Shown: positions 13,721 to 28,066, counted from the stretch's first letter. The stretch: 64,000 nucleotides of DNA from Eledone cirrhosa (GCA_964016885.1 OZ024758.1:30690001-30754000), one strand, 5' to 3'. Notes: generated by a model from the letters alone, not told the origin. Made by a program: numbers and translations.

Positions 13721-14032
13721 AAAAATTTGAACAGGGACAGAGGCAGTACAATAAATGTTTATTAAATTCACGCTCAGGAGAGTGGGGGGTAGGTGGGGGA
13801 CGACGTTTCCGGCATAAGCCCTTCCTCAGGTGAGAAGTGTGTGGGAACAGAGTTGGGAAGGTGTGTAAAGTTCGGAGAAAGGTCACGGCGGATTAGATCG
13901 GGGTTGAGCCGGTTGTTAAGTTATGTTCCAAGGATGGAAGCCGTGTGAACGTGTGTTATATATAATGAAAAATTTGAACAGGGACAGAGGCAGTACAATA
14001 AATGTTTATTAAATTCACGCTCAGGAGAGTGA
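13715..14032 (-). mobile_element. PLE 3' end (Neptune-like) with partial direct repeat and hammerhead-like motif; plus-strand copy at 38080-38270
   Basis: Minus strand cac-CTGAGGA-agggcttatgccg-GAAAcgTC, AATAAA; 13715-13783 repeated at 13965-14031. Confidence 0.6.
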
Positions 14033-14159
14033 TATATATATAACATTCATTATATATATCCCGCCGAGGTTAACTTTGCCTTTCATCCTTACGGGGTCGA
14101 TAAAATAAAGTACCAGTAATGTACTGGGTAATTGCTGGGCTTGTGCCTAAAGTAGAAAC

Positions 14160-14197
<38 letters not shown>

Positions 14198-14241
14198 TAT
14201 ATATATATATATATATATATATATTTCAAAACATACTTACT

Positions 14242-14300
<59 letters not shown>

Positions 14301-14313
14301 TATACATACATAT

Positions 14314-14412
<99 letters not shown>

Positions 14413-14871
14413 ATGTTTTATAAATTTTGCCGTAGCCAAAGAACATACCTTGGCTACGTCAAAATTTATAAAACACACTTTGTATTTTATCTGATGAAAG
14501 TGTACCAAAGTTTTTGGTACCCTTCAAATATATATAATAGAATAAATATGGTTTTATAAATATAGTTTCCATTTATTTAATATCATTGAATATTATACTC
14601 CAGAAAACTTGTCGAGTGCTCTGAATCAGTTATAAACATTTATATTTGTTGAATTACCAACAAATTGAATATCCCTTCTGCTTATATATATATATATATA
14701 TATATACGGCAACACTCATCTTTTTCCATTTCTCCGAGGGTTATAAACCCCACTATCAGGCTAGAAATTTCTTTAGTCTAAAATACGGTGAAAGCTTATA
14801 ATTTCTAATTTATAATTTCAAACTCGCGCACCGTTTCAAAAACATACTTACATGTTTACGTTTATAATTTG

Positions 14872-14929
<58 letters not shown>

Positions 14930-14939
14930 GGGAAGAGAT

Positions 14940-15106
14940 ATATTTGATATATCTCATATGAAATAATACAGCCAATTTTCCACACAATACAATTAGTTAA
15001 CACCCCGAACGTTTAATTAGGAATATATTCACTTATTTCCTAATGTTTGTTGAGTGAGTTGGGATTTAGCCGGAGTATCGCTATTAGCTTTCTCCGATAA
15101 TGTATT

Positions 15107-15108
<2 letters not shown>
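14940..15108 (+). mobile_element. Short (TA)n-embedded repeat family, probable PLE tail (copies at 35425-35600 minus and 57950-58100 plus)
   Basis: Shared tctcatat.aaataatac...ttagcaccc.aa.c...cctaatgtttgttgagtgag...ggagtatcgct; the 35425 copy retains cccGAAAcgTA. Confidence 0.6.
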
Positions 15109-15147
<39 letters not shown>

Positions 15148-15297
15148 ACTAGCCATTTCTATAACACAGACATTGGTCATACTTGGAAATGTTTCTAGAT
15201 TATTTTAAATCTTTCATTGAGCTCTTGCTTATAGAATTATTTTATTTCTGGACGACGAAGGAAACCTCTTTCTTCACCTATACATACACATACACGT

Positions 15298-15337
<40 letters not shown>

Positions 15338-15539
15338 ATTCACACACACATACATATACATATAATGGAGAAGTGGTGAGCCTTGTTACTCTTGAGTTTC
15401 ACCTGCCTGATGATTCTGTGAATGCGCAGTCACCAACTAGCCATTAAATTGATATTTAATCTCTACTTCCGTATTGAGTACTTTTTCTCCCGTTCGTCAA
15501 CAATACACGTATATGTATATCCCAAATCTTTGCCCAATA

Positions 15540-16585
15540 CACCGGCCCCACGCCCGAACTGTACAGTCGTTATATTGACGACTGCATCTGGGCCACGACC
15601 CTCACCCGAGAACAGCTCCACTCCTTCTGCTGCTCCTTCCACCCTTCCACCCACTTCACCACCTCTATCCTCACCACCCACATCCATTTCTTGGACATCT
15701 CCGTCGCCATCGACCCCTCCCACCGCTCCCTCATCACCTCCTCCCACCCTACCCACACCAAACACTCCATTCCCTACTCCCAACTCCTCCGGATCCGCCG
15801 CCGCTTCTGCAGCCGAGATGCTGACTTTGAGACCCAGGCTCTTTCTCTGGTCAGCCATTTCACCCGGAGGGGTTACCCCTCCCTCGTCCACGCCACCCGC
15901 GCCCGCGCAGTCCACCCCTCCACCACCCAGACCCCACGCCCAACCTTTTTCCCCTCACCTACCACCGGGCATCTTACCCCTCCAACGAACCATCCTCCGC
16001 CACTTCCGACCCCTCCCCCTCCCCCATCTTCCCACTCCCACGCCCCTCGTTCAAACGCGTGCGCGCGCAACCTCCGCCATCTACTCGTCCGTAGCTCCCC
16101 ACCCTCCAACTCTCGGTTCCCTTCCCTGCTCCAGACCCCGCTGCCACACCTGCTGCCCCCACATTACCAACACCACCACCACCACCACTTTTCAGGGTCC
16201 CAACGATCTCTCTCTCTCTCTCTGTGTCCGACATGCCTTCCGCTGCACCTCCTCCTCCAACCTCATTTATGGACCCCGCTGCACGGAGTGCAATGCGACC
16301 CATGTTGGACAGTCCGGACGTCGCCTGGCGGATCGGTTCACGGAGCCCCTCCCAGACATTCGTGGGAGTTTCACCATCGACCGCCACTTTCGCTCCGCCG
16401 GACACTCCGCTTGCAACCTGACCGTCTGCGGCCCGATTGAGTGCCATGCGACCCCCCGACGCCCGACTTAGGGCCGAACAACGCACCATCTTCACATTAC
16501 AGACCCACACCCACCCACCCCGGTTTGAACTCCCCACCCCTCTTCCTTTAACCTTCGAACAACAAAATAATGCATAATGGTATAA

Positions 16586-16654
<69 letters not shown>

Positions 16655-16856
16655 TCGTTTCTTCAACTTCTCATTCTCGCCTACCTTTCTATTTCTTCTT
16701 TTATATCTCATTTTATCTTATGATAAAGGACTAACGTCCGAAAAGTTAAGGGTCTTTTCTTACTATATCAGACATCAAACTAATATATATGTTCATTGTA
16801 CTATATTGTTTTGCTGTGTTGTTTTCCGTTTACTTTTCACTTACCCAATATAACTA
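15540..16856 (+). mobile_element. 5'-truncated, frameshifted Penelope-like element (Neptune-like): RT C-terminus, Cys linker, GIY-YIG, 3' UTR
   Basis: FLDIS, SSHPTHTKHSIPYSQLLRIRR, RGYP, CSRPRCHTC, FRCTSSNLIY..RCTEC...HVGQSGRRLADRFTE, HF...GH; decayed hammerhead near 16718-16752. Confidence 0.8.
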
Positions 16857-16914
16857 TATATAGTCTCCAGTATATATTTTGGGGTAGTACCAAGCAGTGT
16901 GTAATAACAATATG

Positions 16915-17172
16915 GGTGAGGTGTCAAATTTTCATTGCATTTATTGAGGTGTGATGCGCGTTTCGCGATTGATAAGCTCAAGGTTTGATCTGTGTCGATC
17001 GGGTCTGACTCAAAAGCTCATCAGACTTCTGTTATCGTAATATATCGATAACAGAAGTCTGATGAGTTTTCGATTCCAGAATCGGATTTGATCGACATCG
17101 ATAGAACCTTCAGCTGATCAATCGCGAAACGCACGTCACACCTCAATAAATGTAATGAAAATTTGACACTAC
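16915..17172. mobile_element. Fold-back PLE end with long-stem-II hammerhead motif (17057-17139, plus strand)
   Basis: Inverted arms centred near 17042; CTGATGA 17059-17065 ... GAAA 17126-17129 cgcacg TC, then AATAAA. Confidence 0.65.
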
Positions 17173-17233
17173 ATCCATATATATATCCGTGGAAACGGCG
17201 TGAGCTCTGCCGTCGGGATCTTGAACATTTTCC

Positions 17234-17270
<37 letters not shown>

Positions 17271-17315
17271 CCGTCGAAACGGCGTGAGCTCTGCCGTCGG
17301 GGTCTTGAACATTTT

Positions 17316-17372
<57 letters not shown>

Positions 17373-18757
17373 ACTAGAAATTGATTAACATATAAATAAA
17401 CATGAATAATCACATGATATGGCGCATGTCTTTCTGGCATGACACCAATAATTTTGATTATCTTAATTTTGGATATATATATATATATATATATATTATA
17501 TTATATTATATTATATTATACTCGTAAACAAATAGTGATTACTAGAGAGATAGATATATTAAAATATGGCTGGTCGTAGTTGATGGGTAGATAAACAGAT
17601 AAATATATTGAAATATAACGATATCAAAAGAATACGTAATAAAAGTAAGGAGTCACAAAATGTAAAAAGAAGCGATTATAAAAGATTGAAGATAAATGAC
17701 AAAAAAAAACCCAGCAGTGAATTAGAATCCCAAATATAACAATATATAAAACAGCACAACAAATATACAAAAAGAAATCAAACAAAAATACAAAGAAAGA
17801 AGGATTAAGAAAAAACAAACACATGGGAAGATTGAGAAAAAAATAAAGAAAAAAAGTGTGCGAGCTATAAAAAAAAAAATAGGCAAAAGAGTTTGAGAGA
17901 TATCGAAAGAATAATGGATGGATTGGTCGAAAGAAGGTAGGAACGATTTGCAAAATAATAATAAAAAAAAAACAATAAGTTGATGGAATGGAAACAGAGA
18001 AGAAGGAAATAAAAGAAATTAAAGATAGAGAGTTAGAAAGAAAAAGAAAAATTTTGATAGATAGAAAGAAGAAAAGAAAAACGAGATGGAAAAATAAGAA
18101 TAAGATTGTTGAAGTCACAAATAGCAGAAAAAGTGTTTGATGAAAATATAACATTAGAATAGGAAAAGTATGGGATAATGAAAAGAAAGTTAATGTAATT
18201 TTCAGGCTTATCACGGAAGCAATTGACATGTTAGATTTATGACTTTTGCAATGAAATAATTAATTAAACTTCTATTCATAGAGAAACAAGGTATTATTGT
18301 TCACCATCTTAACTTCTTCCCCACCACCACCACCACCTCTACTACTACTACTAACGTTGCAGCTTCTCCCCAAAACTACTCTTTACAGCCTACTGATTTC
18401 ATAGTAATATATTTTAGCAAAGATAGTTAGCTTTTAATTGTTAATTATTTTATGCAGAAAAAAAAATTTAACAAAATGATATTAAAAAATTACAAAATAC
18501 AAAGACTTAATTTTATCATGGAAGTAATTACTGATGAAATATTGAGCTCCTAAAGCAATCTACAGAAATCCTTGATCTAGATTTTAGAGGGAGATGAGTT
18601 ATGTCAGTTGTTGGTGTAAGTGAAATCCATCTGTGTGTGTATGGACTGGTAACAACTGATGGAGACGTACGGACGTCGTAGTGATATACGGCGTGTCTTG
18701 GACATTTCAATCATGGTGGAACTCCTTCTCCAGTTCTGAACATAGCCGATTTCTTCC

Positions 18758-18825
<68 letters not shown>

Positions 18826-18861
18826 TAATGGAGAAGAGGTGAGAAAGAGATATAGAGAAAT

Positions 18862-19215
18862 AATTGTTTCTACTTTAGGCACAAGGCCAGCAATTACCAG
18901 TACATTACTGGTACTTTATTTTATCGACCCCGTAAGGATGAAAGGCAAAGTTAACCTCGGCAGGATTTGAACTCAAATTATAAAGGGACGTAACTATGCT
19001 GGAAAGCATGGCGTCCGACCCTCTACCGATACTGCCAATTCACCGCCATATAGAGAAATAGAGATATAGAGAAATAATCAACCCCAGTTTTGGACAGGTA
19101 CATTTTTTTTTATCGAACTTGAAAGGAGGAAAAGCAAAGTTGACCTCGGTGAGATTTGAACTCAGAGCTCAGAGAACCGGAGTGAAGGTTCTAATTATTC
19201 TGGCAATTTGTCGCC
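18862..19215 (-). mobile_element. SINE family A (young copy 18862-19047 with TSD atatagagaaata) plus older related SINE
   Basis: A/B boxes and core on the minus strand. Confidence 0.8.
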
Positions 19216-19559
19216 TCTCATGTGTGTAAGGAGTGTGTATGTTTGTATGTATTGACTTCCGAGGGAGTTGTAGAGACGCCGTATTGTCATAGGGCGTTTC
19301 TTGGGCATTTTTAAAACCTGTCATAGCCCATCTCATTTCCAGCTCTGAATACAGCAGATTTCTACCAGAGAAAGAGAGTGAGAGAATGGAAGTGAGAAAG
19401 AGATAGGGGAAGAATCGACCCCTCTCCTAGACTGGCACTTCTTTTATCGACAGCAACCACGACAATTGAAATTATTCAACTCTTCTATGACTAACTTAAA
19501 CTCGGAAGCTCTCGCTTCATGAGACACGCGAGGCAGTGAAAGTTCTCCAATGACCACGG

Positions 19560-19875
19560 TCAGTTACATCTATCAAGACATCGTTCCAACTTTTGGTGTT
19601 GGGTTTCATGTCGCTGTCGATTGTCTGCCGCCAGTTCATCTTTGGAACGTGCCCTTCACATTTTCACTTCTCACTTGGTAGTCATGTGACATGTCCCAAC
19701 CAGCCAAGTCGACATTTGTACATGATGTTAGACACACGTTTTTGGTGGGTTCATTGATGGATTTCTTTATTGGGGTTGAAGTCACCCACCTGATATCGAG
19801 GATTTTCCATAGAAATTTGGTGTCAAAAGCATGAAATTCATTCTTTTGACTTGTCTTCATAGCCCACATTTCGTA
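19560..19875 (-). pseudogene. RTE-class LINE RT C-terminal fragment
   Basis: W.MK.....FHAFDTKFLWKILDIRW...TNKEI...RLGWLGH(V)..L, typical of the RTE thumb region; frameshifted. Confidence 0.65.
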
Positions 19876-21073
19876 CCTGGACTGCCTTTATCAATAGCAT
19901 TTTTCATAATCATAAACCCATGAAAAGAGAAAAACTTTTGCGACGTTAATGTTTTTGTTAATAGAGACGTAAACGAAGTAAAGTTGCAACGGGAACAAAA
20001 TATTTATTATATCAATAATGGTTTGTTTTTTTAAATATTTGTTTTTTTCCTCCAGTTGTGGACTGGTATTTTTTTTATCGAACTCAAAATGATGAATGGC
20101 AAAGTTGATATAGACGGGATTTGAACTCAGAGAGTTAGGGTTAGAAATGTCAATGTCAACTTTGCCGTTCAGCCTTTTGAGTTCGATGGAAAAAGTAGCA
20201 GTCCCTTAGTGGGTTCGATTCTCCCTCTATATCACTTTCTAACTTCCTTTCTCATACTCCACCTCTTTCTTTCGCTGGAACAAATCATCTATATTCAAGC
20301 CTGGAGAGGTCTACATATATTTATTATGGCTAGGCTTAATGAAAAAAAATCTGAGAGTGAAATTATAATGTGGTAAATTTCATACTTTTCCTCAAACGAT
20401 CTCAATGGCTTCTACTGGAATCAAATCAAGCTGGTTACTCGGTCTACAGAATTGTCACCTCCATGATATTATGCTTAAAAGCGGTATGGATACTTCTCAA
20501 AAGTCCTTTGCTATCACTCGCTGAGGGATGTTGTTGATCACATAAGTGATTAAGATAAATACATGTGTGTATTTGTGTTTATGTGTGAGCGTGTGTGTTT
20601 GTGAGCGTGTGTGTGTACGAGTTTGTGTATGAGCGTGTGTGTTTGTGAGCGTGTGTGTGTACGAGTTTGTTTATGAGCGTGTGTGTTTGTGAGCGTGTGT
20701 GTGTACGAGTTTGTATATGAGCATGTGTGTTTGTGTTTGCGTAAGTTCGTGCGCGTTTCTATTTGTATGTGTGTGTATTTGTGTGCTGTGTGAAAGCATA
20801 TATGATCTATATATCCATACAAGTGTACATGAGGAAATATGGTGGTATATCATTTGTATGGCAAACATTATGTTTTTAAAGCCATTATGTAGAAGTAATC
20901 ATCCGATATGCTTTGCATCATTACAACGACTAAGAAAATGATGACAAATGAGAAGTTTAGTATGTATCAAATAACCCATTTAACACATTAACTATTGGTC
21001 AACTTCATCCACTTTAACTAATGATCAGTGTAACGCTATACCGTAGCATTTACTTGTCAGCGTAGTTCCATAG

Positions 21074-21133
<60 letters not shown>

Positions 21134-21257
21134 CTCTCTCTATATATATGGAATAGAATGAAACGAAATTTCATTTCTCACTCTTAGTACGGCACTTACT
21201 TAAATATAAGTATGTATGTATACGTACATACATATATGTATACAGACGTACAGTAGC

Positions 21258-21292
<35 letters not shown>

Positions 21293-21345
21293 CAGGCATA
21301 TTTGTATATACTTTCGAACGTTCAACCATCTGGCAGAAAGGTATA

Positions 21346-21386
21346 CGGTGCTGACGATAGCTAACAAGCTTGAAACTAGTACATCG
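21346..21386 (+). ncRNA. Type I minimal hammerhead ribozyme in a repeated PLE-end element (about 21150-21650)
   Basis: cggtg-CTGACGA-tagctaacaagctt-GAAA-ctag-TA-catcg; palindromic stem III ACTAGT. Confidence 0.85.
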
Positions 21387-21535
21387 TTCCTGTGTCAGTG
21401 TTGAACAAAAGGGTGACGTGGTTGCCTGAACACTGTACGGCGTTATCAGGCTGTCCGTTTGTTTACAAACGAACAAAGCGAACATTATAATAAATGTTCT
21501 GTAAACTGATACGTGCATATATATATGTGTGCCTG

Positions 21536-21602
<67 letters not shown>

Positions 21603-21656
21603 GCTACTGTACGTCTGTATACATATATGTATGTACGTATACATACATACTTACAT

Positions 21657-21703
<47 letters not shown>

Positions 21704-21778
21704 ATATATATATATATGTATCGCTCTCTCTCTATATATATATGTATCTCTCTCTCTATATATATGAATATATGTATA

Positions 21779-22927
21779 TCTATACATATATATAAAACTG
21801 TAGTTGTCTGTGTGTGTGTGTCCTCATTTTTGCAAAGTCTATACAAATCCACATTTCTACTCCGATTGACTTCAAACTTGCATTTATATATTCCTTCCGG
21901 TCTAAAGATATGAACTGCTGCTTTTATTTTTCAATTTTCTGTTGTTAAACGGGGGTTAGGCGCCGGTTATCGATCTCCGTCTGCATGTCTGGCTGTCTGC
22001 ATTACGACATTATGACAAACATTGATGACGTATTATATTCGCTGGGAACGTCTTCACGAACCAAAGTATCGTCTTCCTGTTTTCCTTCGGTTGCAACGTT
22101 TTCGAAATATTTACTTCTGCGTTCACAGATTGATTTTTTTTAGTTTCAGAAGATCCCGTTAAGGGTGAAAGAACGATTCTTTGCTTAAACTTTAATCTGT
22201 TATTTTAATATATGATATAAGCGAGGCAAGCCAGCCCAGTTGCCACTTCTTGCCAATAAACATTAACCCTTTTGTGCGCCATTCATCTAACTGTAGACCA
22301 ACAAATACCAACTCAACGGAGCGTTGACAAGAACGATGGCGAATGAATCTTCGAGGTAAGCAGTTTCCTCCCGGACTGTTAGTTCACGCGGGATTCTCTG
22401 CTACACGTTTTCAGTAATAATACCCGAACAACGTACTGCTGGTCACTTCCTTCCTCCAAAAGCCATACAAAGCGGACATGTGCATCGGGCAGATGGATCG
22501 GGTGCAAATCTACACCAGGCCTTCGCGAGAAATTCGCAAGGGACTGCACCGAGAGGGGATAGAGAGAAAGAATAACTTAGTGACGAGAGTGTGAATGAAC
22601 TTTTGAAGTAAGTAGCCTACGCCTTACTGCTATGACAACCTGAACCTTCTGCCAACTTAACCTGTGACTTTCTCTTTCACATTTACTCCAAAAGGCCAAA
22701 ACAGAGGAGTATGAAAAGAGAGGGGGGGGGGGTCAACAATATTTCTATGATCAATGCACGTGGACAGCTAAACTGTACTTTCAACTTCTTAATTTTCTCC
22801 AAATAAAACAAGTTTCCTGTCGGTATATTTTCGTGAGTTTTTAACAGGCACTTACAAATAAACGTTTCTCATTGGAGGTGCTATAACCAATGTTCTTACC
22901 CGGTGCAACGCCGGGATACACTGCTAG
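21779..22927 (+). mobile_element. Non-autonomous Helitron-like element
   Basis: 5' A|TCtatacatatatataaaactgtagttgtctgtgtgtg; 3' hairpin cccggtgcaacgccggg then CTAG|T; no TSD; 5' boundary inferred. Confidence 0.6.
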
Positions 22928-23064
22928 TATATTATATACATATGTATATAATATGTATATATATATAAATATGTATATAATATGTATATATATATATATA
23001 TATTATATGTATATATATATAAATATGTATATAATATGTATATATATATATAAATATGTATATA

Positions 23065-23106
<42 letters not shown>

Positions 23107-23310
23107 CATATGTATATATATATAAATATGTATATAATATGTATATATATATAAATATGTTATATAATATGTATATATATATAAATATGTATATAATATG
23201 TATATATATAAATATGTATATAATATGTATATATATAAATATGTATATAATATGTATATATATATATGTATATAATGTGTGTATATATATATATATATAT
23301 ATGTATATAA

Positions 23311-24697
23311 ATAACGAAGGAAGTGTGGACCATAACGCACCAGACCTACATCGGATTAACCGCCCGCGATTTTAAGACCCGGTATTACCAACACCAACAT
23401 ACATTTAGAAACCCGGCCCGCGCGACACGCAGCAGCTCTTTCTGGTCATATTTGGGACCTTCAAAGACAATAATATCATCTTCCATCTAAGTTGGACCAT
23501 ACTTTCCAAGGCAAAATCTTTCTCGGGGGGATGCCGTCCGTGTAATTTATGCTCGGAGGAGAAACGATCCAAATGCTGTTTACAAAAGAACCAACTATTA
23601 AACAAAAAGGAATGAACTTGTTACCTCATGTAAACACAGAAATGCCGTAGGACATATCGTACCTTCAACCCCCCCCACCCCCCCCACCCACCCACCCTGA
23701 CCCAAGTGGGTAGACCTCGGCTGCATCTTTTTTCCTATTTACAAACTAAGATAGAGGAAACCCCAAGTATACTTAGGTAGAAGTAGAAAGGTTTTTCTTT
23801 TTTCATTCTCTTATTTTCTCTTTTCTTCATTAGTTAGACACTCTAATTACACTTAGGTGGATCATTGCATATCTACACTATTATAGTCACTTTCCATTCT
23901 TCCTGTTAAATATACATAGCACTGGCCGAACACACAGCCAGGGTTCTTTTTTTGGATGGGTGGGGAGGGTATCATTATGGAAGGTAATTGTTTCTACTTT
24001 TTGGCACAAGGTCAGCAATTAACCAGTGCATTACTGGTACTTTATTTTAACGACCCCGTAAGGATGAAAGTTAATCTCGGCGGGATTTGAACTCAGAATG
24101 GCAAGGGCCGTAACTCTATGCGTCAAAGCATAGCGTCCGACCCTCTACCGACACTGCCAATCCAAGATAATATTGATAAATTACTACATTGAGGTGCCAT
24201 GCTAGTGCATTAGAGTAACTAATAACTAAATTTTATTAATTGGGAATTTTGCATTAAATTATATTTGCTTTGCTCTTTAGCCAACGCTAGAACCCGGCAT
24301 ACTCGTAGTAACTCTACAACATTCCTTGTTTCTCATAGGTTCTTACCCTCCTTTTAGTGATAGCTATAAAGGATTCTCTCTTAACGCATGACCGGCCCCC
24401 ATTGGTCAGATTGTCATCTTACTCCCTCCCCTTTGTTCTACAGGAAAGTTCAGCCACCCACACTCGCCGCTATGAAGAAAATTAACAATGTATACGACAT
24501 TCCAATAACTTTGACCACTCCCCGTGACAGAAGAAAAACAACAATTTTTAGAATTGTTGGATATGATACTACTGCTATGTTTTGATTGCATGCCCATATA
24601 TGGACTGTACCCCTTGATTACTTCATCACTACTGGGTTAGTTCAGATCTAGCTGTCGAATCGGCCGGAGCTCAGCTGTCGGGGTCCTGACACTTTTC
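23311..24697 (+). mobile_element. 5'-truncated Hydra-clade-like PLE (GIY-YIG remnant + 3' UTR + hammerhead); parent of short family X
   Basis: 23345-23650 reads [17 protein letters not shown], then ALSGHIWDL, WTILSKAKSFSGGCRPCNLCSEEK and RNELVTSCKHR across frameshifts; inverted tail at 23311-23343; acccc-TTGATTA...GAAT-stem III-GTC-ggggt at 24609-24685. Confidence 0.75.
23986..24163 (-). mobile_element. SINE family A nested in the PLE 3' UTR
   Basis: Core and B box on the minus strand. Confidence 0.8.
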
Positions 24698-24736
24698 TTA
24701 TATATACAATATGTATATATATATATATATTTTTAT

Positions 24737-24817
<81 letters not shown>

Positions 24818-24827
24818 ATATATATAT

Positions 24828-25020
24828 AGCGAGGGAAAAGTGGTAAGGAACCAGGTGGACCATAACGCACCAAAGTACTCAATACTTAGGGTAGTAGAGT
24901 GGGTAATAGGAGTAAGTAAGACCCCGACGGCTGAGCTCAAGCCGTTTCGACGGCTAATTCTGTACAGAATTAGCCGTCGAAACGGCTTGAGCTCAGCCGT
25001 CGGGGTCTTACTTACTCCTA
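24828..25020. mobile_element. Family X fold-back micro-element (also 17190-17318, 47549-47742, 48866-49054, 49076-49270, 55101-55230)
   Basis: gtcGAAAcggcttgagctcagccgTCggggtc in both orientations around a palindromic centre aattctgtacagaatt; shared tail ctctactaccctaagtattgagtac; flanked by (TA)n. Confidence 0.8.
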
Positions 25021-25199
25021 TATATATATATTATATATATATATATTCAGGTTTGAGATTCACCACTGGATAGAGCTGGTCAATTCCGTATGGTCAATCT
25101 TAATGTAATAATATGGAGAAGTACTCAACGTAAAGCAGTTCAACCGTCTTTGTTTTTGTAGTTGGCTGGTGCTAGTACGGTGGTGCTATATATATATAT

Positions 25200-25855
25200 A
25201 GTTGGGGAAGCAGAAAATTGCTTAAGCAGAAAATTGCTTTTTGTGATCCAGTTCGTGGTTAAGAAAGCCAGTTTCATGGATGGTTTCAACGTACGGTTAG
25301 GGCTATCTTTTCTTTTCTTCTTTCTCCCCTCTTCTTTGCTTTTATTTTTGTCATTATTATCTTTATCTTTATTTTTTATATATATATTTATCTCTTTATA
25401 TCTCTCCCCCCCCCCGCCTCCCCCCCCTCTCTCTCTCTCTCTATCCATCCCTCCCACTATGATCAATTTAATTCTCTTTAACTCACTACATTCCACAACA
25501 TGAAGTCTGCTATCAAAACTGACCAAAGAATCCTTCCACCTCTACCCCTCCCTCCATCTCAGTTTGTTACTCTACTTCCTACCTCTACCCTCTTCCTCTC
25601 TCTCTCTATACTATTCCGTTTGTCCCCTCACCTCCTGATTCCTCTCTCACTATACTAGTAAATACAATTCCAAATAAATGTTTTTCTCTATATATTAAGA
25701 ATTATTTTGAAAATTTGGACTGTGAACAACAATTATAATTGAGTGGCTGCTATTTGCAGTATAGCAATATAAGGTTGCACTTACCAATGAAACGGTCGTA
25801 AATACCTGGATAAAATTCTTCTCTTAATGCTTACCTGTATTTTCTCTTTTATACT
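25200..25855 (+). mobile_element. Solo pLTR of the 11165-13673 PLE family with inverted tail; hammerhead variant at 25703-25804
   Basis: 25200-25303 is the reverse complement of 13594-13673; 25500-25850 is similar to 13140-13548. Confidence 0.8.
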
Positions 25856-26022
25856 ATATATATATATATATGTAAAATGTGTGTGTATATATAATATGTA
25901 TATATATGTACGTGTATATATGTATGTATATATATATATATATATGTATATAATATGTATATATATATATAAATATGTATGTAATAAATATATATAAATA
26001 TATATATATGTATATATATGTG

Positions 26023-26104
<82 letters not shown>

Positions 26105-26130
26105 TATGTGTATATATATATATGTATATA

Positions 26131-26175
<45 letters not shown>

Positions 26176-26206
26176 GTATATATATATGTGTATATATATA
26201 TATGTG

Positions 26207-26255
<49 letters not shown>

Positions 26256-26354
26256 GTATATATGTATATATATATATGTATATATATATATGTATATATA
26301 TATGTGTATATATATATATGTGTATATATATATATGTGTATATATATATATGTG

Positions 26355-26386
<32 letters not shown>

Positions 26387-26416
26387 TGTGTATATATATA
26401 TGTGTATATATATATG

Positions 26417-26451
<35 letters not shown>

Positions 26452-26829
26452 GTATATATATATATGTATATATATATATGTATATATATATGTGTATATA
26501 TATATATGTGTATATATATATATGTGTATATATATATATGTATATATATATATGTATATATATATATGTATATATATATATGTGTATATATATATATGTA
26601 TATATATATATGTGTATATATATATATGTATATATATATATATGTATATATATATATGTATATATATATATGTGTATATATATATATGTATATATATATA
26701 TGTATATATATATGTGTATATATATATATATATGTATATATATATGTATGTAATAAGTATATATATATAATTATGTATGCCATAAGTATATATATATATA
26801 TATATATATATAAATATGTATGTAATAAG

Positions 26830-26889
<60 letters not shown>

Positions 26890-26897
<8 letters not shown>

Positions 26898-27325
26898 TAT
26901 GTACACGTACATACATATATGTATACAGACGTACAGTAGTATGTATATATATATACATACATGCACACACATATATATATGTACGTATGGATTCACCTAA
27001 CATTTATTATAATGCTCGGTGTGTTTGTAAACAAACATCCCGTATTAAGCCGTAGTGTCTAGCAACCATCGTTGCTCGTTTCTTCAACACTGACAAAGGA
27101 ACGCTGTACTAGTTTCAAGCTTATTAGCTATCGTCAGCAACGTATACCTTCCTGCCAGATTGTTGAACGTATATACTTAACTTATGCATATTAACGGCTG
27201 AGTAGCCCATTTTGCATATCGAGTGGGTTAATCGACCGGGTGCACCGAAAACGATAAACGGAAAAAATGAAACGAAATTTCATTTCCCACTCTTAGTACG
27301 GCTGTTACTTAAATATAAGTATGTA
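26890..27325 (-). mobile_element. Copy of the hammerhead element family of 21150-21650 (hammerhead 27102-27142)
   Basis: Minus strand cgttg-CTGACGA-tagctaataagctt-GAAA-ctag-TA-cagcg. Confidence 0.8.
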
Positions 27326-27332
27326 TTAACCC

Positions 27333-27373
<41 letters not shown>

Positions 27374-28066
27374 TATATAAATATTCTTCCTCATTTAAGA
27401 AACACCTAGTTAAATGCAAAAACCATAACAGTTCGGATAGAAACTAAGGAAAGAAACCTCGGCAATCTTAGAATTAAGGAAGCACTAATTATAGACAAAA
27501 CACAACCACCAATCAATAATAGACTACAACTCAACACCCAATTTATAACTTGATAGAGCTTCTAGGCCCATATTTACCCCCCCCCCCCCCACACGCACAC
27601 ACACGCTTACACCACTTATTTTCTCTCAAAAACACACATACTCACACAAAGACCAGTATAGACATATCTTCGTATAGACATATCTTCTCAAACACACACA
27701 CTCACATACTTTCACCTTCATGCATTCTCCCACACACTTAAACAGGCATGTACAAAAAAAAAAAGCCTTTTAAAGGGAGACTACTCTTTATCCACCTAAC
27801 CTTAACTCTTTGACATTGGAGATAGAACAGATACTCTATACCATTTCCTGTCAGCATGACTTGGCAAGCTATTTAGAACACTGGTTTAACCGCTTTACTT
27901 CTCTCCGAAGAAGAGATATCTCGAAAATTAAGGACATTTAAATAAATCTAAGGTAAAAGACTAATTGTCAACAATATCTTTTGCATTTGCATTCTTTATT
28001 TTATGTCCATACCTGCATTGATTTGGCTTTATTATACATATACAAACGTTTATACCTCATTACACA

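Noticed and set aside
17624-18229. 201 aa Phe/Leu-rich ORF resembling a membrane protein
   Set aside because: Reverse translation of an A-rich low-complexity tract; no motif
18530-18760. Candidate exon after a (TC)n pyrimidine tract on the minus strand
   Set aside because: Frames contain stops, no clear donor, no recognisable product
25849-27003. Long ORFs of YI/HT/CV/RACV/poly-V repeats (also 39217, 53473-54347, 58862-60393, 61067-62928)
   Set aside because: They are translations of microsatellites that lack stop codons; no protein signal
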